Shown: positions 46,298 through 59,262 of the stretch, piece by piece
Position numbering within the stretch: position 1 is the first letter of the stretch
Layout: each line of letters opens with the position of its first letter
Source: Minutocellus sp. GHC0000111
Taxonomy: Eukaryota
Direction: 5' to 3'
NCBI GenBank assembly: GCA_977018835.1
Contig: OZ361256.1
Location: forward strand, 620,001 to 684,000
Length of the DNA stretch: 64,000 nt
Notes under the pieces: generated by a model
What the model saw: the letters and a program-made list of their open reading frames with translations, nothing else
What the model was told of the DNA's origin: nothing
The model's database searches: none
Position numbers and translations under genes: made by a program

Positions 46298-47551
46298 ATG
46301 ATCGCCACTGCCATTAGCATTGCAACCATCTTGGCAGTACAACTACTGGGGTTGCCAGATGCACACGCGTTCGTAAATGTAGCTGGTCCACAAGCATTGG
46401 CAAGGCCCGCCCTCGACGCGCAAGCAACACATGCATTCGTACAAGTAGCCGCCGCATCCATTTCCGCTGACGTTGCAACAGCTCCGTCTCGTGCAGAGGA
46501 GAGCACATATCTCTTTCGCGATCAATTCAAGATACACGCAGAGGCATCTGTCCCAAAGGATGGTCAGCCCGTCGTGCTCATTCATGGCTTTGGGTGCTCT
46601 TCGACGTATTGGCGAGCTACCCGGTCGACGCTGGTCGATGCCGGATATCGAGTTCACGCCATCGACTTGTTGGGACAGGGCAAAAGTGCCAAGCCTGGAC
46701 GAAGCAAGGGGGTGGAGTATTCCATCAACTTGTGGGCTGAGCAGGTCGATGCATATGCGAGGGATGTGGTTGAAAAGGAGCGCGCTGGCGGCGGAGTCGG
46801 TGGTTTGTTCGATGGACTGTTTGGCAATAATTCCAACAAGAGTGACGGCATTGTCTTGATGGGTAACTCTCTTGGATCGTTGGTGGCTCTTTCGGCAGCT
46901 TTTGGGGATCATACTGACAGCCAAGATAGCGAAGCAACAGACCTGTCAGCGTCAGCATCAGCCTATTTACCAGGCCAAGTCAAGGGCCTTTGTTTCTTCA
47001 ACTGTGGAGTGGGTTTAAATAGCCGAGGGATAGTGGATGAACCGCAATGGTCGCCATTTCAGAGATTCCTCTTCACCACGGTACTCAATACTCTCGATGT
47101 GCTCCTGTTCAAGAATCCACCGGTACTGACCTATTTGTTGAGCGAGGTGGTAACGAAGGATTTGCTGCGAGGCGCACTTGAGGGCTTATATCGGTATGAT
47201 CCCACTCGTGTCGACGATGAATTGGTCGATAGTTTCTACTATCCGGCCAAGGACGAAGGTGCGCCCGAGGCTTTGGGGCAGATCTATACCAATAATCCAG
47301 GGCTCAGCCCGATGGATTTACATGAAAAGTATTCGGACATGGTCGCGTCGTTGCCGATTCATTTGGTCTGGGGAGACGATGATGCCGTCACTCCACTGTC
47401 AGGAGGCGTTGGTACCTTCTATTCAGGTTTGGCGAATGATGAAACAACTTCAGTAACGATAGACGTGGTCGAAAGCGTTGGTCATATACCATTCGATGAC
47501 AATCCAATCGAATGCAATGGAAGCATGCTGCGATGGATTGAAGCGCTTTAA
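46298..47551 (+). CDS. Alpha/beta hydrolase, probably plastid-targeted (pheophytinase-like motif)
   Basis: Signal ending AHA-F; LIHGFG, DLLGQG, GNSLG nucleophile elbow, WGDDD, GHIPFD. Confidence 0.88.
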   Translation: MIATAISIATILAVQLLGLPDAHAFVNVAGPQALARPALDAQATHAFVQVAAASISADVATAPSRAEESTYLFRDQFKIHAEASVPKDGQPVVLIHGFGCSSTYWRATRSTLVDAGYRVHAIDLLGQGKSAKPGRSKGVEYSINLWAEQVDAYARDVVEKERAGGGVGGLFDGLFGNNSNKSDGIVLMGNSLGSLVALSAAFGDHTDSQDSEATDLSASASAYLPGQVKGLCFFNCGVGLNSRGIVDEPQWSPFQRFLFTTVLNTLDVLLFKNPPVLTYLLSEVVTKDLLRGALEGLYRYDPTRVDDELVDSFYYPAKDEGAPEALGQIYTNNPGLSPMDLHEKYSDMVASLPIHLVWGDDDAVTPLSGGVGTFYSGLANDETTSVTIDVVESVGHIPFDDNPIECNGSMLRWIEAL

Positions 47552-48270
47552 AGAGTGTTATCGGTTGCCGCGCATCACATAAGATGTAGCTTCAATTGAG
47601 GGCCTTGGAAGAGAGAGTATTGGAATCCGCGGAGAGCTCGGTCACCTTCAGAACAAGGCTGCAGAAGTCGCGAAGGAAGAGGAGGCCTACTGGAGAGACA
47701 TGTCGATTGTCGGAGGAGCCCATCGTGCCGATACTGCCTCTCGACTTACATTCTCGCCGAAGCATCGGGCAACTGACCCTCCTGCTCCTCGCCTAAGTGC
47801 AAGTACAAAGTCTTTCAAAGACACCATCGCGCAAGCCGAAAGCAACAATACCGTCCTCAAGCCATCGACCAATGTCAAGGACCACGGACAACAAGATACC
47901 ATGCTGTTGGAATCATAGAGCAGTGGCGTGCCGCCGCCTACCGCTTCCAGAAGGGGTTGAATGTATTTGACCAATAGACTAGACCTAAGCAAACCCCAGT
48001 CCGTACATACATGTACATGTACGAGGTATAAACGTCTACGTGCTAGAAAATTGTCATACGGTACATGTACGAGGTCGTACCTCTAGGCCTACGTAGCTAG
48101 GTACGGCTCGAACTAGAGAAAGACACCCGGAAGAAAGAAACCGTTAGTTACCGGCTCGCCGCAAGCTGTCTCATTCTCACAACCAAAGTAGAGCACCAAT
48201 AGACCCAACGACTTCTATCAAGACCGCCAACAAGATACGGCCGTAAGATACCTGCAGGCTTGCTGGCAGG

Positions 48271-51149
48271 ATGTCTTCGGATGGTGCCAGATGTCGCAGC
48301 GGCGGTGGCCATTCATCATTCGACGAGGAGCAGCAACGCAAAGCCGGGACATCATCATCATCATATCTTTTTCAAGGTGGCCGTACTGGAGGACGAAGAT
48401 CATCGTTTCCAGAAGAAGATACCGTTGAAGGCCGCGGCCGACGACGACAAAGCAGATCCAATTCTCCAGGAAAATTCCATCGCCCTCACCATTCCGGCAG
48501 CTGTGATGAGCAATCTTCGAGGCCGAACCGCAGCCGCAGCCGGAGCTATGACCAAAACGCCTCCTCGTCCCGCAATCCGCACAACTATTACTCGAACCGC
48601 CGCCATGACGAGCAATTGTCGGGCAGCAGCCGCAGCAGCAGCAACCACCGCAGCTACGACCGACACGCCAACCGATACGTCGATCCGAAGCACGACCGTG
48701 GTGAGCGATCCTCGAGGCAGGGCCGCAGGAGAAGCCGCAGCCGCAGCCGCGATCGGTGCTCCTCGGAGCGGAATCGCAGCGACCATCAACTCTCCCGAGG
48801 GGGGCAAAGATACCAGTCCCAAGGGATAGTATCTCCGTATGCCCCGCCTGCATCGCACGGTAGAAGCGGTCCTGCGCACCATTTCATGTCATACGCGTCG
48901 GCCGAAACATCCTCCGCCTCGATCGTATCTTCGTCCCAATTCACCGCTTCGGCCTCCTCGGTGCCTTTCGCATCAGCTCCCACGCGCCGCAATGTTCACG
49001 ATCATCTGGTATCACTGCAACATAATGGCGTCAGGACTGAACTGATTGCCTCCTTGCGCGTCGGCGATGAACGTCGCCTACTGCGGTTGATGATGAACGT
49101 GATAGATAAGGTGAGTTTCTATTAATTTGTTTGTTGACTTCCTACTACGTAGCAAGCAACATGGCACACTCGTGTTGTGCATTGCTTTATTGCTTTCAAC
49201 TAATATCCGTATTGCCCTTCTTCTCGTTCCCCACAGACTGGTAATCCCACGATGATCAATGCGGTTTTGAATTGGGTTTCTCAGGATATCTCGGCGGGGG
49301 CTCTACGTGAAAATAGCAACATCCCTGGACTCATTAACGCTCAGCTCAAAGCTGTTGAAAAACACGGGTTGCCGCAAATCCCTTCCGGAGTCGATGAGAA
49401 TCTGATGGCTTCCTTGGGCGTTGACGATAATTACAGCCTACTGGAGTTTATGACGAGGGTGAGTTAGTTTCATTTGTTTGCTGAGTACTTGCACTATTGC
49501 ATTACTGTTTCTTATGACCCAAAATACAAATATCTGGATTATTTCCTTTTCGCTCCCCACAGACTGGTAATCCCTCAATGATCAACACTGTTTTGCATTG
49601 GATTTCTCAGGATGTCTCGGCGGGGCTTATACGAGGAGGCAACTTTGCTGGCATCATTATCGCTCAGCTCAAAGCTGTTGAAAGACATGGGTTGCCGCAA
49701 ATCCCTTCCGGAGTCGATGAGAATCTGATGGCTTCCTTGGGCGTTGACGATAATTACAGCTTACTGGAGTTTATGACGAGGGTGAGTTAGTTTCATTTGT
49801 TTGCTGACTGACTGCTCACACAAGTAAGTGTACGTACAAAGTATTGAATTTATCTCAAATTTCTCCGCTTGGGCGCATTTACTCGTTCCTTTCAGATTGG
49901 TGATGGCTCCATTGTCAATAGAGCCCTGCATAATGTGGACCAGCAAATGAAAAGAGGAAAGTGCATCAGGAGTGTTGGTGGTCTTCTCTTCAGTAAGCTT
50001 CTGCATTTCGAGAGGCTGGCAAAAGCTGACCCTAGTCTGAATGCAGAACCTAGTGCCTCTCCTTCGGCGTCGCCGAGCGAGATGCCGTCTGATGTGCCCA
50101 GCTCTGGCCCATCTGCCAATGCGTGTAGTAGTGTCAATGCCGAGGCGAATTCTGCCCCACTTATCAATGCCGCCCGTGGAAATGCCCCGTCCGCTGAATC
50201 TCTCGAAGGAACCCATAACGGCAATCCGCCGATGGGTAATGAAAGATTGGAAGGTGATCAGCGCAAAATTGGAGATGGTTCGTCGTTCGAACGGGAAGGG
50301 ATGGGTTCTGCTTCAAGCAGTGCCGAGCATACCGTGCTTATGCCAGTGAATGATGGCAGCACTACCTCCAAGACTGCATCTTTCGACATGCACAAGCATC
50401 TGCCCACGCAATCCAAAGTGTCTCCTGTTACAGTTACTGCCAAAGACGTAGCTAAGGCCGAAAAGATCCTGGAATATCTTGCTAGGGATGGGCGTGATAT
50501 AGCCAATGATGGCAAGTACATTGGTGTGCTCTTCGCCTCGGATGCCGATGCAGTCATGACGGCTTTGTCAATTTTGCTAAAAGCCAGCGGTGGTGACGAG
50601 AACAAAATCAATGCCTTGCTCTCCGCGGTGCGCCTCTTCCTCCGTACGGCTGTGAAGAAATCAGATGAGAGAGCAAAGCTCCACATCGATGCATTCGAGG
50701 CGAGCGAGGATATGCGAAATTGCATGGAGAGCATCTGCCGTGATAGTCCAAGCCTCGCCCCGTCATTCCAATCCTTTGGAGATAAACTGAAGGGCGTAAA
50801 AGGCGTCTCAGCTGTCTTCATCGATGCTACGTTCAAGCCTATATTTACCAAGGTGCTTCAGAAGGAGGAGGAACGCCGTACCATCGAGCTTTGCCGCGCT
50901 GAGGAGGTCGAACGTCTTCGCCTCGAAGCTGAACGTCGGGCTGCCGAGACGGAACGCCAGCGCCTCGAAGCTCAACGTCGCGAGCAAGAGGCCAATGAGA
51001 GTCGGCAGGTGGAAGCTAAGAAACGAAAGGAGCTCGAGGAGAATGATCGGCCCCTCATGGAGACGGCTGGTGCTGAAAATGGGAAGGGAGCCCCCAATGT
51101 CAATTCTGGACTCGGTGCGAATCTACGATGGATGTTCAAGAGAAGCTGA
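48271..51149 (+). CDS. Hypothetical protein with RS-rich N-terminus, duplicated exon and coiled coil: join(48271..49110,49237..49458,49563..49781,49896..51149)
   Basis: Phase-0 GT-AG introns join in frame; RSRSRS tracts. Confidence 0.65.
49230..49807 (+). repeat. Tandem duplication of an exon with its splice sites
   Basis: Exons of 222 nt and 219 nt with nearly identical 3' halves and shared donor gtgagttagtttcatttgtttgctga. Confidence 0.9.
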
Positions 51150-52362
51150 ACGAGGCGATGAAGAGTTGCGAGTTCTATTATGATACCAAGACCCAGAATT
51201 TCTACAATTCCTCTGGAGAGGTCATTTGCACCATGGACGAGGAAAACGATGACAACAACGAGGAGATCTTAGATATCCTCTCACGAGCCGGCGCCTACTA
51301 CGTATTTGCCTTCAATAAGAATGGCGAGCTCTATGCGCACAGCGGTGGAAAGTACATGAGCTTGGCAAGGTTCTTCGACTACGCTTACATCAATGCCTCC
51401 CAAATCAATCGCCTACTGGACGAGAATGGTAAACCCCTGCTAGGATTGTATTTTGCTCCATGGTCCAACTGCCCTTTGCGGGAGATTTGGATTTGAACGA
51501 TGAAGTACCAAATACCCGAAACCGCATCGTCGAGGTAGTGGAGTCCGTCCTGCTCAAGATTCTCAAGCCGACCATCCCCGGCCGTCAAATCTACGGTGAC
51601 GGTCGTACCATGTCGGCCAAAGAGTTTACGGTATTTTCGAGGCAGCGCCGCAAGGAGTTTGTAGCGCAAATGAGGCGTCATGGCAAGGGCCAAGGCCTTG
51701 GGTTCTTCCACGGCATCGAGAAGAAGAAATCCAAGTCGAAGATCAATTCAGCTGGAGGAATCGGTATTGGCGCTCCGGGCATGGCCCGTGCTTCACAGAA
51801 AACTGGAGCCACTGCCTGCTTTCGCGATCTGGTGGATCCAAAGAAGCTCGCAAGATTCGAGTTCTGCTACGTCAAGGGGAAGGGAAGTACGAAAGAGATT
51901 ATTGGGCCCGTTTAAGGACCGTTGTGGTGGGGCCTGGGCTATTTGAAGACGCTGTTGAATGGGGACGATGCAATCAAGTTCAATGGCAAGGGCAACGACT
52001 CGAAGGGCAATCAAGCCCAGCCCCATGTGGCAACCCACCTACCCATCAAATATCTCCCTTCCAAGCTCGGTACAGTCATGTTTGGGATGTTGGAGGATCT
52101 TTTCCCCAAGCCCACTACGTGGGTTCGTATTTCTGAAATCTCTATCAAGATCGACAGGTCAGACGTGAGAGATATGCTAAAGGAAGCCTTGCAGGATGAT
52201 GAAGACGAGTCGATACTTCGCGTTGAGAGCAGTGCAAGTGATGGTACCTTTGATGTCCAATTTGCCAAGGTATGGGAGGCTCGTGGGTGCGCAACTCTTC
52301 TCAATGAGAACGAAAAGCTATTTTGTAGCAAGATTACTGTTGAGCTTCTGTATGAAAGGTGA
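51128..52362 (+). pseudogene. Disrupted coding region, probably continuing the upstream gene; C-terminus weakly RRM-like
   Basis: Overlapping ORFs in shifted frames; in-frame TAA at 51913-51915 between ORFs 51460-51915 and 51922-52362. Confidence 0.5.
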
Positions 52363-52603
52363 AGCATGGGTTATTATTAGGCTACTAATGTTATTATTGG
52401 CCCATGAGGCGAAGTAGGTAGATAGCATTGTTGGGATGATGCGCATTGGATTTGATTTATTCACTTCTCAGTCCATTATTGAGTTGGCCATAAACTAATA
52501 ATCGAGAGCCGTTCATGAATGGTAAGCAATTGCCCCTTGGATGGTCCTTGGGTCTACGCGTTAGGGTGTTTCGACCTACAACATAAAATCGCTGGTAGAA
52601 CTG

Positions 52604-53365
52604 CTATTCATCCAAGCAAATATATCCAAGGCAGTAGTCTTTGAGCGGGGCCCTTCGCAGAGCTGCAGCGCTATCCTCTAGCCACCGAGTTCTAATGATT
52701 GGCAACTTCTTGAAACCTCCACGATCCTGGCTGCTGGCCGTTTGCGATTGCTGAGTACTGCACACTTCCCCAATGGCATCGCTACGAGGACAAAGTTCAA
52801 TCTTTGCCGTATCGGGGATGATTGATGGCTTCATCAGCATCCAAGGCATTAGAAATGACGATATGGCGTCATGGCTGCCGCCCTCAAGGAAATTCAAAAC
52901 GATGATGATCCCCTTGGTGCTGCTCAAGGGCTTCCTCCACAATTGTTCTTTGCCAGTTTCGATGGTCGTGCCGCCATGTGCCAAGGCAAGCTGTCGAAGC
53001 TGTTCCGTTGTCAACTCAAAATTGCCGACGCCATCGCATGAGCTGCTGCTTTGATCCTTGCTGTTGGTTGGAACAATAATTACAGCAAAGGAAGAAAGAA
53101 GTGGTGACATCGTGCCTCGTTCAATCAGGGCTCGAATCATTGGCGACCTGCTGCAGATACCGGCTCCCTTGAACGACGAAACCAGCCAGTCCGGTGGACA
53201 ATGCTGGGCCTCCAGACGAGCATAAGACTGACTATCTCCCCAAGCAGCAAACGGCTTGGGATCGAGCCATCGATTCCTCCTGTTACAATTCACCACCCAG
53301 TCGGCGCTGATAATTGATGAACCACAGACCAAGGCCATGAGGTACTCTAGCGACCGATGTCGCAT
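52604..53365 (-). CDS. Tandem BRCT-domain fragment, N-terminus missing or unresolved
   Basis: RSLEYLMALVCGSSIISADWVVNC..WLDPKPF; QLRQLALAHGG; LPIIRTRWLEDS. Confidence 0.7.
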   Translation of the reverse strand: MRHRSLEYLMALVCGSSIISADWVVNCNRRNRWLDPKPFAAWGDSQSYARLEAQHCPPDWLVSSFKGAGICSRSPMIRALIERGTMSPLLSSFAVIIVPTNSKDQSSSSCDGVGNFELTTEQLRQLALAHGGTTIETGKEQLWRKPLSSTKGIIIVLNFLEGGSHDAISSFLMPWMLMKPSIIPDTAKIELCPRSDAIGEVCSTQQSQTASSQDRGGFKKLPIIRTRWLEDSAAALRRAPLKDYCLGYICLDE

Positions 53366-53566
53366 TAATTTTACGTAGCTACATAGTACCGGTATCAATC
53401 TGCCTCGTCATACATTCGAATTTGCAACCAGCCGCATATTTGGCACATGCTGAAGTTTTGGCCATATGCATCACTATTCATCCTGCATCCATCGACCACA
53501 TCCTCCTGCTTGACCGATTCTGCGCTACATCGAGGGAACCTGCCAATACTTGACCTGAGAACTCCC

Positions 53567-55251
53567 CTAAGCCAGCTTGGCCTTCTTCTTGGCTGATTCC
53601 TGGGCCTCGCGAGCCTTGCGAGCCTCCAGCTGACTGGCAGCAAGAGCAGCAGCCTCGGCAAGGATGGGATTCTTCTCCTCCGCATCCGGCTTCTTCTTGG
53701 CGGGTGACTTGGTCTTGGAAGCACCGGTACCGGTAGCGGTCTTCTTCTTGGCGGCGGCCTTGCCGGGGATGGTGAAAATCAGTTTGAGAAAATACGCGGA
53801 GCCCTTCTTCTTGAACTTGTACTTCTTCTTCTCCTCGTCGGTGGCCTTGATACGCTTGGCTATGGAATAATATTGAAAAAGGAAAAGGTAATAAAGCGCA
53901 GTACATGTACACGCACATGATACATGATGGGAAATTGAACAAAAATATATATGTATCACCTGTCCAGCCCGGAAAGGTCTTGACGTAACGATTGAAGTCC
54001 ATGTAGCAAGGACCGGTCAAATGAGTGTCGGGGGCAAGGAAGGAGAAGGTCAGCTTGTGGCCAGGCTCATACAGAGCGTCGATGATCTCATCGATGGGAC
54101 GGAGCTCCTTCTCTTCCTCGTCATCTGACTCATAATCTGAATCATACTCTGCAACCGTCTTCTTCCCGGCGGCGATGCCCTCCACCGAGGCAAATCCCTT
54201 GAGGACCGGCGCAGGCCTCTGCTTCTCAAACGCCCGGAGCTGCTTCTCGAACTCCTTGTCGCCGGCGTTCTCGTTGTAGCTGATCTGGTCCCCCGAACGC
54301 TTCCGGCCGCTGGTACGGCTGCCCTTGGGCTTGTTGCTGGTCTCAAGAGCCGATGCGTCCGCGGCCACACCGGACGGCTTGGCACCGGCAGTACCACCCG
54401 ACGAGGCAGTAGTACCACCAGATACAGGGAGCCCTACGGCCGATCCTGCAGCGGCCGCCATCTCGTCCAAGTCGGCCGTTTCGATTTCCTTCTCCAGGCG
54501 CAGCTTCTTCTCCGCCTCCTCCCGCTCCTTCTTCTGGCGGTACCAGTAGCTGTTCTGGCGGTTGTCGTACTTGCGAGGCTTGCCGGCGGCGTCCTTGTCC
54601 TTGTCGGAGATCTTGTCGGCGACAAATCCTTCGGGCCTGGCGAACTGGAAAATGTGCACGAGCCTGGTGGGTATTGCCATCACCATGAACGTAAGTAGAA
54701 AAGAAAAGAGAAAGATGGGGTGAGATGACATTTCAATTTGAATTGAATTGTAGAACGAGGCAAACGACCGCACAGCAATACAACAACAAACAACGTACGT
54801 GATTTCCGGGAGGCCGCGGAAGACCGATTCTGAGTCGTCACGGCACGCATTCCGGATTATGGCCTCGTTGTTGGTCACGCGGGTCCTCTCGAGGCGGCGG
54901 CCTGTGGGTGTTTGGAGGAGGCAGGCAGATGAGCAGAGTAGAAGATCGTGAGAATGGCGTGAAATTGAAATCATTCAACGAAAGCAAATAACGATCATCA
55001 ATTGCCGGCAGCAAACAAACTCACGGATCTTGTCGAACTCGTCCTTGGCAAACTGCTCGATGCGCTCGGCCTGTTGGTGGATTGAATGGGTGGGAGGGGT
55101 AGAGTGTGAGGTTTGGGTGGTGACACAGGGATTTGGGTATTTTGGATACACCGAATAACGGAGCAGAACGGAACGGATATGATCGTACCTTGCTTGACTT
55201 CTCGGCGCGTCCGACCCAAGGGTTCCAGCCCCCGTAAAAATCCCAGTACAT
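53567..55251 (-). CDS. Multi-exon hypothetical lysine-rich protein
   Basis: Coding-like exons (53567-53859, ~53960-54644 and upstream pieces) separated by GT-AG introns; no family recognised. Confidence 0.5.
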
Positions 55252-55692
55252 TGTTGCTTGCGGTGGTGGTGAGTAGGCTAGAGTGCGTAGAGCAGTGTTG
55301 ATGGAGAGGCTCAGGCGTGGACTGTTGCGTTGTGGGTTGGGGGTTGGGTTGGCCTTCGTTGACTTCGTCGAGTGAGTCGATTCTGTCGAGTCGAGCGAGT
55401 CGATCGAATCTCGAAAGAGATGCTGCCGCCAGATCAAGGGACGATCCCTTGGCCAGATCGCCGAAGTGCAGAAAGAAGAACAACAGCAGGAGGGTACTAC
55501 CGCCATTGGTACCATTGGTAGAGTATCGCCATGCGCATGCCCGCTTGACCATTGCACCCTCGCTTCTATAAGCATATTTTGGCTCGCCTAGCTTGCGTAG
55601 CTAGTATATTTTGCCTTTGTGGGGTCGCCAGCACTTCAACACACGCTCACACGCTAAAATTACGAGTACGAGTACGACATCATTTTATAATC

Positions 55693-57330
55693 ATGATAAC
55701 TTTCGGACGACAGAAACAGAATGCCATCCTTCTATTCCTCTGTATTCTTGCCGCTGTCACCGATACCGCCCACGGATGCAGCATCCGTGGTCCGCTTGAG
55801 GGCGAGGAGCCGCCTGATGTATCTTCAGTGGCCTACCTGGAACAAAAGGCTGCCGGGGCAAGCAGTATTTTTCGCTGCAAACTCGTGAGCATTGTAGCTG
55901 AGCAACAGGCAACAGACCAGAAGCCGAACCAAGATCAGGACCAGAACCAGGACCAGAACCAGCGACCCGTCTTCCCTCCCAGGGACGACATCAACTCCAA
56001 TCAGCTGGTTACGTGCAACGTCGTTGAGAAGTGGAAGGGCAGGGGTGTGGCTGTGGGCAGGCCCTTCGTTATATCGACCACATATGGCCATCTTTGCGGA
56101 CTGGCCGAAACGTTCGTCGGTAATGAGGGACGGGAGTTTTTGATCTATTCGTCTGGGAGTGGAAAGTACGAGCGTGTGTCGCAGGGGAAGTTCTATGACC
56201 TCACGGGAGATGTAACCTCGTGGGAGGATGTTTCAGATGATGAGTTGGGTGTTCTGAATTCCCTAAGAGGCGATGGTGGAGATGAAGGTCCTGCTACCGG
56301 TGGTGGTGATGGTGGAGACGTCTTCTGTTCACAAGATGTTAGGGATTGTGGCGGTGATGTGTTCGTTTCTCGGGATCCTGCCAATGGCTGCCAGTTTCGA
56401 CCGTGCCCCGAGCCTGAAATTGCCTGCGCGGCCGACGTATTTGAGTGTCCAGGCGGCGACACATTTGTTTCACGTGATCCTGCCAATGGCTGCCAGTTTC
56501 GACCGTGCCCCGAGCCTGTTGCTTGTCCTGCTGATGCCTTTCAATGTCCGAATGGCACCTTTGTTTCTCGGGATCCTGCCAATGACTGTCAGTTTCGACC
56601 GTGTCCTGAACAAACCACTCCAACACAATCACCCACTTTCGCTGCGAGCAGCAGTCCATCTGCTTCGCCGACTTCCCCTCCTGGTCTCGAGGCCATAACA
56701 CTGTCGGCTGAAAAATTCAGTCGCGGAGCAGAATGTGGCGCATTCGATGCGATTCTGGATATACGATCTCTTGAGGAATGGGAGGCTGGACATGTCAAGG
56801 GCGCAACTCATTTGAAAGCAATGGATGCGAGAGAGATGATGGAATCGATGGAGGGCTGCATGCAATGCCGAGTTGCTATCGTTGGTTCCAACAATGGGAT
56901 GCTCGACGAAACTACGTCGACCATGCTTGATGCTGGGTTCGAGCGAATATACAACGGTGGCAATGTAACGCATATGAAGGAAATGGGAAGCTTATCATCG
57001 ACCTCGATGGAGTCGGTTATGCCCAAGTGCGTCGCGGCCGGTAGTGCTGTCTGCACTCCTCAAGTATCTCGGATATTTTGCCCGGTGAAGTTGAAGCAGT
57101 TGAGTAATCCCATCGAAATATTGGGAATTGACCATCTGGCGATTCTTATTCCTCAAGAAGATGCCGATGACGGCGAATACTGTACGATGTTGAGCAAGTT
57201 CCGGGTAGAGGCCGCAAGCCTTGCCGTGGATGGCGTACTCCCGAGTATGTCGTTGGCGAAGAAATTTCGTAAAATGGCAAAGAAATTGATGAAGCAGAGA
57301 GATCGCGATTCTCTTCTGGATGGAGAGTAG
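55693..57330 (+). CDS. Secreted protein: TIMP/NTR-like N-domain, three Cys-rich repeats, rhodanese-like domain
   Basis: Signal peptide ending AHG-C; 3 x C..D...C..G..FVSRDPAN.CQFRPCP; ILDIRSLEEWEAGHVKGATHL. Confidence 0.75.
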   Translation: MITFGRQKQNAILLFLCILAAVTDTAHGCSIRGPLEGEEPPDVSSVAYLEQKAAGASSIFRCKLVSIVAEQQATDQKPNQDQDQNQDQNQRPVFPPRDDINSNQLVTCNVVEKWKGRGVAVGRPFVISTTYGHLCGLAETFVGNEGREFLIYSSGSGKYERVSQGKFYDLTGDVTSWEDVSDDELGVLNSLRGDGGDEGPATGGGDGGDVFCSQDVRDCGGDVFVSRDPANGCQFRPCPEPEIACAADVFECPGGDTFVSRDPANGCQFRPCPEPVACPADAFQCPNGTFVSRDPANDCQFRPCPEQTTPTQSPTFAASSSPSASPTSPPGLEAITLSAEKFSRGAECGAFDAILDIRSLEEWEAGHVKGATHLKAMDAREMMESMEGCMQCRVAIVGSNNGMLDETTSTMLDAGFERIYNGGNVTHMKEMGSLSSTSMESVMPKCVAAGSAVCTPQVSRIFCPVKLKQLSNPIEILGIDHLAILIPQEDADDGEYCTMLSKFRVEAASLAVDGVLPSMSLAKKFRKMAKKLMKQRDRDSLLDGE

Positions 57331-57480
57331 ATGCTCTCTGGTTGTATGTGTGAATGTTATTTTTGTGTGGAACTAATTTTTTTTGAAAGATGCTATGTTG
57401 AGCTTGAATCTGATCTTTCTTTGAAATTATTGCACGGTGGGAGATTCTTCCGTTCGCCACTCCCGCTATGCGCTATTCTC

Positions 57481-58799
57481 TCACAAAGAGAGGATAGCCT
57501 CCAGCTTCTTGACCTCATTTCTTCTTACCGGGATGAAGATTCTCTCATCCAAATTGAATCCCCGCGAGCTGAGCCACTGATAAAAGTCCTTGTCTACTAA
57601 CGCTGGGCCTCTTGCAACTCCCAAGATGCTATTTCTTAGAATTTTTGCGGGGACTTTCTTTGGAGAGAATCCAATCGAGATAAGTCTGTCAATAGCCGCT
57701 GGGAAAATGGAGTCGGGACTGAAACAGTGAACATAGTGTAACATGACTTCTTCGAACTTTTCGCAGCGAGAATAGTATTTCTGCACAAGCATTTTCACAA
57801 TCGCATTTTCCTTGCTACTTGAGATGTTGAAGTAGTCCGTAAGAAATCTTTGCGACACTTCTTCTTCGTTCCATAGAGTAATTGCCTTTTCCAAGAGTGT
57901 TGTGGGGTGTTGCGACACATATTCATCCCACCCACGCCTTCGGCTCACAATTCGAAGGAAGTCGTCGTGGCGAATGCAATACACTTTGAACCGACTTTCG
58001 GGAACTACCACTCCATATTCCGATTCCAGTGCTTCGAACGGGAAGCTCTGGCAAACCGCCCGACACATCCCACAGCCACCATTGTCGGAGTACTCTACGA
58101 AGGAGGGGCAAAATAGCAAGAATCGTCCTCAACTAACCCGACGATGGCAAGATCAGAAGGGAGAGCACCAGCCCTGAAAGCTCCGCAAAAGCTGTGGAGC
58201 AGAATTTTCATCCTGGCATCGTTGTCTGCACGATTCTCCGGGGTTGAAACTATGTCATCCTCATCTGCATTATGGAGGTAAATCTCCCGTCTCTCTTTCC
58301 TTCGAGGAGTCGTTCCACCACTTCTACTGACGATGCCATAGAGAATCGCCTTCCGCAGCTTCGGAAATCCGCCAAGGAAGGGGGCGATCTGCGAGCAAGC
58401 TTTTTCGGACACAAACTGTCGAATTCGCCAGTCGACGTCCTTATTGATCCTGCCATTGAACAGGCATCCGATACTGACGACCTTGACGTTCTCTCGGTAC
58501 CGTTGGACCGCGCGAAGGTTGAGCTCCGACACTTCGGTGATGTTGAGCGTATCGAGCTTCTTGGCGGCGTCCAGCGCCGCGTGCTTGCCGGTCAGAACTG
58601 CCGATCGAAGGTCGGAGAATGGAAGGAAGGCGAAAGAGTGGGCCAGCGCATCGGAGGGGAGGCCAGTCCATCCCACGGGGCCGGGGGGCTGCTGCTGCTG
58701 CTGTTCGGGCGGAGATGCCAATGCCGAGGCCGAGGGGGCCGAAACCGAAGGGGCAGCTGCCAGAGCAGGCGTGGGATCACCGGCTGGTTCGGGAGACAT
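57481..58799 (-). CDS. F-box-like protein, frameshifted near 58110
   Basis: WTGLPSDALAHSFAFLPFSDLRS; ORFs 58095-58799 and 57481-58119 overlap in shifted frames. Confidence 0.65.
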
Positions 58800-59262
58800 C
58801 GTAACAATGCCGCCCGAATGGATTGTCTTTATGTTCCTGATTGCGAGTTGTACGAGTGCCCGCGCCCGTGGTGGTTTCAGCGCGTCGGTGGTACTGTACG
58901 ATGCCTCTCGGCTCTCTCAGCTCTCTCTTCTCTGCCTCGCTCTGGCTCGAGAGCCGAGCCCCCCTTTTTGACATTTTGGGGGGATTCCCCCTTTATTGAA
59001 AGAACCCGGAAAGCTGCCCTGTTGGCTGGATGGCGAGTGCGTGGCGCAAACCGCCAAAGCGCCCAGTACAGTCAGGCGAGAGCCAACCAACACAACACAC
59101 GACCACCTCAGACCTATCATCATTTCTGGAACCAAGGTCAGGAATACTGCATGCAACACGGTCATAAATTCAATGCTCTTCCCCAGCGACGTTGCTGGTC
59201 AAAAAAGAATTAACACGCACATACGATCTGGTCATACGCAGCAGCGCTTCGACGCAGTCAGC

